Source: a virus (Duplodnaviria; Caudoviricetes). From it: DNA of 64,000 nt. The DNA lies in IMG/VR virus record IMGVR_UViG_3300014206_000007, positions 96,001 through 160,000 of that record, one strand, 5' to 3'. Both the position numbers and the translations under genes were made by a program. Of this stretch, positions 20,842 to 29,319 are shown one piece after another; position 1 is the first letter of the stretch; every line of letters begins with the position of its first letter. The notes beneath the pieces are model-generated. The model worked only from the letters and a program-made list of their open reading frames with translations. It was not told the origin of the DNA and made no database searches.

Positions 20842-21567
20842 TCATATTTTACTTTTTGATGATGGTAGCACATCTAATGGATACACTAGATTTGTACTTA
20901 TTCCTTGCATTAAGAAATATACGTCCAGAGTATTTAATGCTACTTTATTTTCTGGATTATTCTCAAGATCATCTAACTCAACGTATCCATCCCTTGAGAT
21001 ATTATTATACATCTGATTCTTTGCTTTCATATCATCTGCTCTAGGACCCATAAACTCTCTAAGAGCTTGATTAGCTCCCAATGCGATTAATGAATAAGTT
21101 TCAACGTCTGAATTTCGTGCGTTCTTATCTTCATTAATAACTTGGCCAGTTTTTGGATTCCTCTTATGGATATCAATTGAACCTGAGTTTTTCTTCAATA
21201 AAGTTTGTTGCATTCTTTTTTCATGAATATATCCAACTGGAACTGGTTCCGGAGTAACTATTACATTATTTGGATCTCCAGTTAAGTGTGGAATTGCTAC
21301 TCTTTCAAATAGAGGAACTTTCATATATTCAGCACACTTTTCTTCATTTTCTAATGATAATTCTCTTTCAAATTCTACAATTTCAAAATATAAGTTAGCT
21401 TTAGGATTATTAAAGAAATTATTTGCCCAAGAGTCAAATTCTTTATCATTCATTTTATTAAATTTTTCTTCATACATTTTGCTATTATCACCGGTTGGAT
21501 CTAAAATATCCATTATATTAATAAGATGCTTCATAAAAGCTTTTCGTCTTTCTGCGATTGATTTCAA
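20842..21567 (-). CDS. Virion RNA polymerase beta subunit, short C-terminal part
   Basis: VPVGYIHEKRMQQ, RNPKTGQV, ARNSDVETYSLIALGA correspond to the beta C-terminal GYMY..KL / RS..TQQP / QRFGEME region; late promoter 21590-21601. Confidence 0.8.
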   Translation of the reverse strand: MKSIAERRKAFMKHLINIMDILDPTGDNSKMYEEKFNKMNDKEFDSWANNFFNNPKANLYFEIVEFERELSLENEEKCAEYMKVPLFERVAIPHLTGDPNNVIVTPEPVPVGYIHEKRMQQTLLKKNSGSIDIHKRNPKTGQVINEDKNARNSDVETYSLIALGANQALREFMGPRADDMKAKNQMYNNISRDGYVELDDLENNPENKVALNTLDVYFLMQGISTNLVYPLDVLPSSKSKI

Positions 21568-21651
21568 CTATATCACCTCTTTCAATATTTACATCGTTGT
21601 TGAAATTGATAAATTTAATAAGGCTAAGAAATTATTCTTAGCCTTATTATC

Positions 21652-22461
21652 TTATAATAAATCTGGATCTATTTCAACTTCAACTTCTTCAAATTCTATT
21701 TTAGAATTTTCTTTTTCACTCTTATATGTAGCCGCTTCCATAGCTTGCATCATAACAGTAGACATTTTAGAACATGTGTTCATGATATCTTTAATGATAA
21801 CTGATGTTTTATGAAGCATATCATTATACATACTTTCTGCTAATGGTGTAGGCTCTTCAAGAGGACTTAATTTAAATTTAGATACTTTCTCAATAACATC
21901 ATTTGCAGTATCTTGTGCTAATTTAATAGTCGCTTCAAATTGATCAAGATCATTTTTGTTATATTTTTTATAATCTGATATTTTTGGCGAATTTAAAACA
22001 GCAGTTTCAACTTTATTTACAAGCATTTCTAAACGAGCATCAATTTCATCAAATTTAGAATATCCATCTTTTGGATCGATATCGGAATCTCCTAGTTTAT
22101 AGCTTCCATCAGAACTATTAAGTCTAATCCAATCTTTAAAATTTGTAGACTTGATTACATCGTTTACAGCACTTTTCATTGTTGCATTATAATAATTTGC
22201 TTCCCTAATTATTATTTCTGCGCCTCTTTTATTTAATAATTTACCTTCTTTATTAAAAATCTTAGCCCAAAAATTAGTTATTGCTGTCCATAGTCTTTTA
22301 AAAAAATTTATTATAGCAGTCTTTACATTATTTACTGCATTTTTTATATTGAATCCTTCTGTAGCTACAGAATCCGTAGTCGAACCTACTAAGTCTGTTA
22401 GATTAAGAAATGATTCAAAGCATCTATAACTAGATTGCATTTCTAATATATATTGATCCAT
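21652..22461 (-). CDS. Probable internal head protein
   Basis: VATEGF followed by IINFFKRLWTAITNFW helix; late promoter 22489-22500. Confidence 0.6.
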   Translation of the reverse strand: MDQYILEMQSSYRCFESFLNLTDLVGSTTDSVATEGFNIKNAVNNVKTAIINFFKRLWTAITNFWAKIFNKEGKLLNKRGAEIIIREANYYNATMKSAVNDVIKSTNFKDWIRLNSSDGSYKLGDSDIDPKDGYSKFDEIDARLEMLVNKVETAVLNSPKISDYKKYNKNDLDQFEATIKLAQDTANDVIEKVSKFKLSPLEEPTPLAESMYNDMLHKTSVIIKDIMNTCSKMSTVMMQAMEAATYKSEKENSKIEFEEVEVEIDPDLL

Positions 22462-22536
22462 AGTTTATTACCTCCTATATTTTATAATTAAAAATTTGTT
22501 GAGCTAACACAAAAAAAAAGTGTTTCCACTTCTTTT

Positions 22537-23724
22537 TTACTTATTCCAAGTTACTAAGAATATAAAGTAATAATAGATTGCTTTTCTAAACACGTTTTGA
22601 GTTGCTAATCTATTAGTTGCTCTATACGTTGCACTTCCTTTCTCAAGCCATTTATTCATTAAGTTTTTTATAGTTGCAATATTTTTATCTGAGCTATTAC
22701 CCTTCTTATATATAGATTCCATAACTCCCAAGAAAGCTAATGACTTTATGTTCTTATCCTTTGAGTTATCATCCGTCATAAATAGATAAAATATTGATTC
22801 ATAAAAACTCTTAACATCGGCAATATTTTGAGTATCGATTAATAATGTAAGAGTAGTTCTTAGTTCAGATGAGCTAACTCCTTTTAATTTGGCAATCTTA
22901 TCGATGATATCCATTCTTGGTGGAGATGCAAAGAATTTGGTAGTATATTCTTGAGCAAGCATTTCTACATCACCAGCAATCGATGAACTATCTCTTTGAC
23001 TACCATCTTCTAATGAATCATCACCTTTTAAAGTAACTTCATTATTATTGTAGTTAGTAATATATTCATTGAATATCTTATTGATGTAATTATTAAGTCT
23101 GGTTTTACATGCATCAATTATATATGATATCTCAGCATCCGATCCGCTAACTAATCTATCCCAATGTAGCAATATAGTTTGCTCAATTGAATAGAATAAT
23201 AATCCATCAATTGACCTAAATTGCTTAAGGATAAATTTATTACTTAAGTTGTCAATAGTGTAAATCATAGTTTCTTCTCTCGGAAGAAATTTCTTAAAGT
23301 ATTTTGTGTAGAGTGACCAATACATACTGTATGCCATATAATAATAGAGAATTCTTAATTTTTTATCTTCCTTATTTACTATATAGTATCTCATCATCAT
23401 TAACATTAAGATTTGAAATGGTTCAAAGTTACTTTTTGCTGTAACACTGATACCTGAATGAAGCTTTACTTTAAAACTATCTTTCTTTAACTCAACCATA
23501 TTTATATCGCATACATTAAATATAATTTTCTCATCAACTTGAGAAAATACTGGGTATTTTAATAAATATGGGCTACTCAAAATTTGCATATTCTTATCTC
23601 TATATTTTGCAATATGAGTGAATAATTCTTTTTCACCTTTTGGTAAATTTTTCTCTATTATTGAATAATACTTCTCCAATAATGTAAACTCTTTTTCAAA
23701 TTTATCAATAATTAAATCTGCCAT
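22537..23724 (-). CDS. Hypothetical protein
   Basis: 395-aa ORF abutting the upstream gene; no motif recognised. Confidence 0.75.
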   Translation of the reverse strand: MADLIIDKFEKEFTLLEKYYSIIEKNLPKGEKELFTHIAKYRDKNMQILSSPYLLKYPVFSQVDEKIIFNVCDINMVELKKDSFKVKLHSGISVTAKSNFEPFQILMLMMMRYYIVNKEDKKLRILYYYMAYSMYWSLYTKYFKKFLPREETMIYTIDNLSNKFILKQFRSIDGLLFYSIEQTILLHWDRLVSGSDAEISYIIDACKTRLNNYINKIFNEYITNYNNNEVTLKGDDSLEDGSQRDSSSIAGDVEMLAQEYTTKFFASPPRMDIIDKIAKLKGVSSSELRTTLTLLIDTQNIADVKSFYESIFYLFMTDDNSKDKNIKSLAFLGVMESIYKKGNSSDKNIATIKNLMNKWLEKGSATYRATNRLATQNVFRKAIYYYFIFLVTWNK

Positions 23725-24870
23725 CTAATACACCTCGATTAATCTATTTAGATTAGTTTCTATTATATTTCTGTTAACTGCTTCATTATTTTTCTGGTTA
23801 ACCATATCAAATATAACAACACTTGCAAATGGAATATCATCAATATTTGTACCTGCTGTATGAATAATATTTCCGTTATTATCATATTGATATTTTATAT
23901 CAGCAGATAGTTGATTATCTCCATATAGATTATATATTGACCTCAATTGCATTTTTTTATCATACGTAGCATATGTTTTGATTCCGCTACTTCTAATCGT
24001 TAAAAAATGATTATTTAAATCCAGACTATATGTGTTATCAGTCAATGGTCCTTCAACCGATTGTAATAATCCAGTCTTATCATTATATTGAAAATTATCA
24101 ATATAATCATCATTGATATTTATTTGAGTCAATTTATGTTTATTATTATACTGAAAATCAGTAATATGACGGAAATCAATTTTTTCATGATTATAGCAAT
24201 TATGATAAATTGATTTATCAGTATTCTCAAATACCAATGACATTATTTTTATAATATGGCCATTGGGATCATACACAAAATCTGTAGTATGGTAACAATC
24301 ATTAATGTTATCAATTGCTGGAGTATTTCTAGAATATAACATGTTAGTTTTATATCTCATCAAATTTCCATTTGGAAGATAGCAAAATTCGATATATCCA
24401 TGTATACTCTTATATTCAGTTAATCGTCTTTCATGATCATAATACATAAAACAATGCTGAGTCTTTTCATTTTTTTGTTTATAGGCGATATGAATAATTA
24501 TAAATGGAGAATTCTTCAATATTAGTTTCCAGTTATAATTAATGGTGATATCAAAATTATTAGAATAGATTCTCTTAATATATCCATTAATAGAATCATA
24601 TTCAAATTCAATCTTTCTATTACAATAAAAACTGCTAATTTTTGTAAGTTTATTATCATTATAGAATAATTTAATCTTATATTTATTTGGGCGGACAATT
24701 TCTATTAGATTTCCATCTTTATAAATATATTTACCAAGATGTAATCGCGCATATTCATTCATGTCAGTACTCTCAAAGAACCATTTTCTTAATGAAAAAA
24801 TATTAAAATCATCTTCATCAAAATCGGCATCCATAAAAGGTATTACTTCATTTAAGCATATTTTATTCAT
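23725..24870 (-). CDS. YD/RHS-repeat-like protein
   Basis: Repeated YDxxGxL/I units (YDHERRL, YLPNGNL, YDPNGHI, YDNNGNI); early promoter 24906-24915. Confidence 0.6.
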   Translation of the reverse strand: MNKICLNEVIPFMDADFDEDDFNIFSLRKWFFESTDMNEYARLHLGKYIYKDGNLIEIVRPNKYKIKLFYNDNKLTKISSFYCNRKIEFEYDSINGYIKRIYSNNFDITINYNWKLILKNSPFIIIHIAYKQKNEKTQHCFMYYDHERRLTEYKSIHGYIEFCYLPNGNLMRYKTNMLYSRNTPAIDNINDCYHTTDFVYDPNGHIIKIMSLVFENTDKSIYHNCYNHEKIDFRHITDFQYNNKHKLTQININDDYIDNFQYNDKTGLLQSVEGPLTDNTYSLDLNNHFLTIRSSGIKTYATYDKKMQLRSIYNLYGDNQLSADIKYQYDNNGNIIHTAGTNIDDIPFASVVIFDMVNQKNNEAVNRNIIETNLNRLIEVY

Positions 24871-24970
24871 AATTTCACTCTCCTCTTAATTTCATATATA
24901 TTAAAATAATATATATTTTAAATACTATAAAAAAATAGATATCTTAGATATCTATTTTTATATTACTAAT

Positions 24971-25054
24971 CTATTCCTCATCATATAATGATGTTTCTGC
25001 ATCGAAATCTGTGTCATCATCCGCATCCATTACTGGATAAAGTAAGTCATCCAT
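24971..25054 (-). CDS. 27-aa highly acidic peptide (below ORF-track cutoff)
   Basis: MDDLLYPVMDADDDTDFDAETSLYDEE with AGGAGGAGG RBS. Confidence 0.6.
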   Translation of the reverse strand: MDDLLYPVMDADDDTDFDAETSLYDEE

Positions 25055-25095
25055 GTTTATGCCTCCTCCTTTCTAGTTTATTCATATGGATGCTG

Positions 25096-25251
25096 TTAGT
25101 TCACTAACATATCGCAATATCCTTCATCACATCTTTCTATGGTGACTTTAATCCCAAATTCAGGAAGCTCTATTTTTTTCACATAGAAGTCATCATCATA
25201 TGTTGTAGTTGTTCTGTATTGGTCCTTTTTCTCAGGTTGTTGATTTTTCAT
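25096..25251 (-). CDS. 51-aa hypothetical protein (below cutoff)
   Basis: MKNQQPEKKD...CDMLVN fills the gap in an early operon; weak RBS. Confidence 0.45.
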   Translation of the reverse strand: MKNQQPEKKDQYRTTTTYDDDFYVKKIELPEFGIKVTIERCDEGYCDMLVN

Positions 25252-25268
25252 TGAATAATTGATTCTTC

Positions 25269-25607
25269 TCATTTCGCACCCTCCCGGTATATTTCTTGAT
25301 GAAAATATTTTTTAGTTTCAATATTGTAATGACGCAAGGTTACTTTAATATCCCCTAAATAATTTGCTGCATTTAATGCCGCCACTAGTGCGACTGTCAA
25401 GCCAGTTACATATAATTCCATATGAACTACGCCATCAATATGTTTAACTAATCTTTCAATTGAACTTCTTGCATACATCTCAAGTCCTCGTGCATCTGTT
25501 ACCTTAATCATTTCCCCAATGACTCCAGATGGAAAAATGAATTTTGAAACATCTGGGATATCGTGACGTCCTTCACATAACCCAACTTTAATAATATTAC
25601 TTTCCAT
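25269..25607 (-). CDS. Small Rossmann-like phage protein (possibly CARF-like)
   Basis: Likely start MESN at 25607 (RBS, early promoter 25651-25660); VGLCEGRH and LYVTGLTVAL motifs. Confidence 0.6.
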   Translation of the reverse strand: MESNIIKVGLCEGRHDIPDVSKFIFPSGVIGEMIKVTDARGLEMYARSSIERLVKHIDGVVHMELYVTGLTVALVAALNAANYLGDIKVTLRHYNIETKKYFHQEIYREGAK

Positions 25608-25711
25608 AAAACATCGCCCCTTTAAATTATTATTAGTCTTACTTACAATAATAATATATAACCTCAATTAGTTAAAAGACGGATAAAAAAAGAAGGACAG
25701 ATGTCCCTCTT

Positions 25712-26020
25712 TTACCAATATCTAATATTTATATTAGGATCAACTTTTTTATTAGATATAAAATACCCAATGCGATTTACAAAATGCCAATTAGAAGTAA
25801 TATAGGCATCCCCATCATCTTCGACTAATGTATAACAATATAGTCCAGGTTCTTTATCATCAAATTCATTTAATTTTTTCTTTACTGCTGGAAAATCATC
25901 CCATAAATATTTATATGGGGAATCTTCGGTACTATTCTCTTTTACCGGTATAAGAAATTCTTCATTTGTCTTAAAGAATTCATCTCTTTTTTCTTGCCAT
26001 GATTTTCTTGGCATAATCAT
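25712..26020 (-). CDS. Hypothetical protein
   Basis: 102 aa, GGAGG RBS, C-terminal HFVNRIGY. Confidence 0.7.
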   Translation of the reverse strand: MIMPRKSWQEKRDEFFKTNEEFLIPVKENSTEDSPYKYLWDDFPAVKKKLNEFDDKEPGLYCYTLVEDDGDAYITSNWHFVNRIGYFISNKKVDPNINIRYW

Positions 26021-26032
26021 ACCTCCATAGTA

Positions 26033-26176
26033 TTATTTACTTCTAATTCTCAATATCACGCTGGCAATAAGACACATCATAGCAATTGGTAATTGGCCTT
26101 TATTATAATTAGCCACATAAGCCATCACTATTGCTCCAGCTCCAAATCCTTGTAATGCGGTATACACGTTCTGCAA
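26033..26176 (-). CDS. 47-aa small membrane protein (TTG start or frameshifted ATG)
   Basis: LQNVYTALQGFGAGAIVMAYV...CLIASVILRIRSK; the RBS-proximal ATG at 26183 is one base out of frame. Confidence 0.45.
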   Translation of the reverse strand: MQNVYTALQGFGAGAIVMAYVANYNKGQLPIAMMCLIASVILRIRSK

Positions 26177-26227
26177 TTTTCATAATCCCTCCTTTAAATA
26201 AAAAGAGACTGTTTAGTCTCTTTTCGT

Positions 26228-26731
26228 TTATTTATATTTAATCCAACTTAAAATGTCAGTCTTATGAATATCTTTAAATAATAATTGAATAAAGTTATGA
26301 TTTTTTAATTTAGTGATATATTCTATATTCAATTTATCTTTTTCAGCTTCATTCTCTTCTTCACTACCATCGTTTATCAAATAATGAATATCCATCCATT
26401 TATAAAAATCAGTTTCGAGATATTCTTTTTCTGAATCAAGAATATAGCAATAATCTTTAGTAAGTCCTGGAATGATATAATCATATACCTTATCCCATTC
26501 TTTGGTTAATAAGTATTCTGTAATAGTCATGCCAAATATAGGGTAATATCCTAACCTAGAATATAACCAATCATAACTTTTATATATTGTAATATTTTCT
26601 GACGGTTTAAATAATGAATTCTTCACTATTTGAGCATTTACATCCTTCGTTTGTAATGTAATATTCATACTTTCTAAGTCATTCATTGTCATGTAATCTA
26701 ATAAATAAGTTCTTAAAAGGTCCTTTGACAT
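26228..26731 (-). CDS. Hypothetical protein
   Basis: 167-aa ORF with RBS. Confidence 0.65.
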   Translation of the reverse strand: MSKDLLRTYLLDYMTMNDLESMNITLQTKDVNAQIVKNSLFKPSENITIYKSYDWLYSRLGYYPIFGMTITEYLLTKEWDKVYDYIIPGLTKDYCYILDSEKEYLETDFYKWMDIHYLINDGSEEENEAEKDKLNIEYITKLKNHNFIQLLFKDIHKTDILSWIKYK

Positions 26732-26800
26732 AGCATCTACTCCTCTTATATTATAATTAAATAGAAGTATCTATATTTAGTAGATACTTCTATTTAATAT

Positions 26801-29296
26801 TTAGTTTATTGAATATGTTATTATATTACTTCCTACTGGAAGTGCAATCAATTTTTTACCTTTTGCCTTGCGTGATAAAGTTGGTATATCGTCGGAATTA
26901 AATTCTAATATTTCTGTACGGGTACATACGGTCACGGTTTTATTATCATTAACAGTATCTACAGCATACACACTATCATTCTCATCCATTGTTATAAGAT
27001 AAGATACATCAACTTTTCTTTTTCCTGCATGACCAAGATATTCAATCTCAGATTTTTTCATAGTTCCTTTTTCTGTAATGATTAAGATATATTTATCCGT
27101 TTTTGGTATTACAGTTAAACCAATACATTCATCTCCATCTTCTAGTTTCATACTTAATAGACCAAGAGAATCTTTTGATTGCATTACTATATCCTTTGCG
27201 GCTATAAATACAAAATTACCTTTCTTAGTATAAACCATTATATCTGAGGAATCTAATAAAATATCTGCATATATTAATTGGTCATCTTCTTTTATTTTCA
27301 TTACCTTAACATTTTTTGTAGATTTGATATTCATAACTTCTTGCATAGTGGTTCTTTTTAAATATCCTTTTTTAGTTAAAGTAACTAAATGTAAATCATC
27401 AGTTAATTTATTCTTAACAAATTCTTCAGTCCCCATTTTAATACTTGGAAATGCTGAAATTATCTGACCGTTTAATTTGGTTGTGTCATATACAGTATTT
27501 CCATATGCGGACATCTCAGTATTCTCAATATCGTATACTGGAATCGATGTAAATCTTCCAAATGAATCAAAGAATATAATTGTATCCATATTATTTATTG
27601 TAACTTTATGCATTGGATAATCTAAGTTCTTAAATGCTCCATAAGTAGTTCTATTTGGTACATCTAATAATTTCTTGATATATCCTTGCTTTGTCACAAT
27701 GATAATATGGTCAGTATTTGATACCTGCTTATCTGTATTAACACTTATTACTTGCGATTTTCTTGGAAGAGCATATTTCTTTAAATCATCTAACTCATCC
27801 AATATAATTTTATCTATTTTCTTTTCTGATTTAATCAAACTCATTGTCTTCTGTAAATCTGAGTCTAACTTATCTTTTTCTGCTTTATATCTCTCGTGAG
27901 CATCTTTAGTAAATGCCGTAATCTTCATATCAGCAATTTTCGTTGCTTGAAAACTTGACATACTATCATGCTTCATTAATGCTGGTACTACATCAGTGAG
28001 ATTATTTGTACGGATGATTTTAATTGTCTTATCGATATTTCCTTGCTCTGTTAAACGAATCAATACTTCTAATAATGATATTCTTGCCATTATTTTAGTA
28101 ATCTTTTTATTTAACAATCGTCTCTTGTATTCACGTCTTTCATCAAGCCATGCTAATACAAGGTCTTTTAAATTTAATCGGTCAATACTAAAACCTTCCA
28201 TAACAACCTTAAAGTTAACCCCTAATGGTTTTCCTAATTCAGTCAATTTAAATATTTTATCTCTAACGACATATGGATCATATGATTTATCAATAATTAC
28301 CTTATAATCGATACGAGTTCTAACATTACCATTCTTTTGAATTATTTTATCAGACCTATTTTGGATATCTTTTATTGGCAAAGTTCCTTTCTTTGTTAAT
28401 TCCACTAACCTATTATATACCGACTCCATTGATGCAAGCCATGGTATTCTAGATATAGATAATACCCATGATTTTGGTCTCTCTTCAATTTCAATTCGAG
28501 CTCTCATTCTAAGAACTCCCTTACCAGTTTCACATATTTCTTTTAATGCAACACCATCATCAATAATATCACATCCAGTTGGTAAATCTGGTACCAAATA
28601 AATATTTGGATCATCTGGATTTATTATTAGACGTTTACATAATGCGATTATATCATCAATGTTATATGGAGGAATAACAAATGAGTTACCTACTGCTATT
28701 CCCATACCACCATTAATTAATATATTTGGAAATTTAGCCGGAAGACTTAATGGTTCAGGACCATCTATTGAGGTATTTAAAATTGTTTCAACGCAATCTT
28801 CATCATAATCTTCAAAGAAGCATTCATATGCATATTTAGATATAAGTGCTTCAGTATATCTCATTGCTGCATAACTATCTGAATTTGCATCGTTTCCAAA
28901 GTTACCATGGCCATCAATTATTGGAACCTGATTTTTCCATTGTTGAGCCAAACCAACCATTGCTTTATATATAGGACCATCACCATGCGCATGATACGAT
29001 GAAGTCGCTCCTATAATTCTATTCGATTTTATACTTTTATGTCCTGGAATTCCGTTTATCATATATATTGAATATAATAAACGACGTTCAACAGGTTTGA
29101 GACTATCTGATAGTCTCAAAATCTGTCTAAAATAATTTATATTAGCTGAAAATATTTTCATTTTCTCTAGATTATAAGTTGCCATATTTTCATCTAATAT
29201 ATTAGTTTCTTCCTCAAAATCTTTATCTGATATATTTTGCCAAAGTCTTTGGCCTTCAATTAAACTATGCTTATCTTTACTCATACTCAACCTCAC
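26801..29296 (-). CDS. gyrA: Type IIA topoisomerase subunit A (GyrA/ParC-like)
   Basis: DSLKPVERR, YHAHGD, GNFG, AAMRYTE catalytic Tyr, C-terminal beta-pinwheel repeats. Confidence 0.92.
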   Translation of the reverse strand: MRLSMSKDKHSLIEGQRLWQNISDKDFEEETNILDENMATYNLEKMKIFSANINYFRQILRLSDSLKPVERRLLYSIYMINGIPGHKSIKSNRIIGATSSYHAHGDGPIYKAMVGLAQQWKNQVPIIDGHGNFGNDANSDSYAAMRYTEALISKYAYECFFEDYDEDCVETILNTSIDGPEPLSLPAKFPNILINGGMGIAVGNSFVIPPYNIDDIIALCKRLIINPDDPNIYLVPDLPTGCDIIDDGVALKEICETGKGVLRMRARIEIEERPKSWVLSISRIPWLASMESVYNRLVELTKKGTLPIKDIQNRSDKIIQKNGNVRTRIDYKVIIDKSYDPYVVRDKIFKLTELGKPLGVNFKVVMEGFSIDRLNLKDLVLAWLDERREYKRRLLNKKITKIMARISLLEVLIRLTEQGNIDKTIKIIRTNNLTDVVPALMKHDSMSSFQATKIADMKITAFTKDAHERYKAEKDKLDSDLQKTMSLIKSEKKIDKIILDELDDLKKYALPRKSQVISVNTDKQVSNTDHIIIVTKQGYIKKLLDVPNRTTYGAFKNLDYPMHKVTINNMDTIIFFDSFGRFTSIPVYDIENTEMSAYGNTVYDTTKLNGQIISAFPSIKMGTEEFVKNKLTDDLHLVTLTKKGYLKRTTMQEVMNIKSTKNVKVMKIKEDDQLIYADILLDSSDIMVYTKKGNFVFIAAKDIVMQSKDSLGLLSMKLEDGDECIGLTVIPKTDKYILIITEKGTMKKSEIEYLGHAGKRKVDVSYLITMDENDSVYAVDTVNDNKTVTVCTRTEILEFNSDDIPTLSRKAKGKKLIALPVGSNIITYSIN

Positions 29297-29319
29297 TTTT
29301 ATTTAAATAAATTCGTCTA

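Noticed and set aside
17913-23724. Chimallin or sigma-like subunit call for the 332-aa or 395-aa unknowns
   Set aside because: Both are shorter than typical chimallin and show no motif I can recognise; left as hypothetical pending a structure search.
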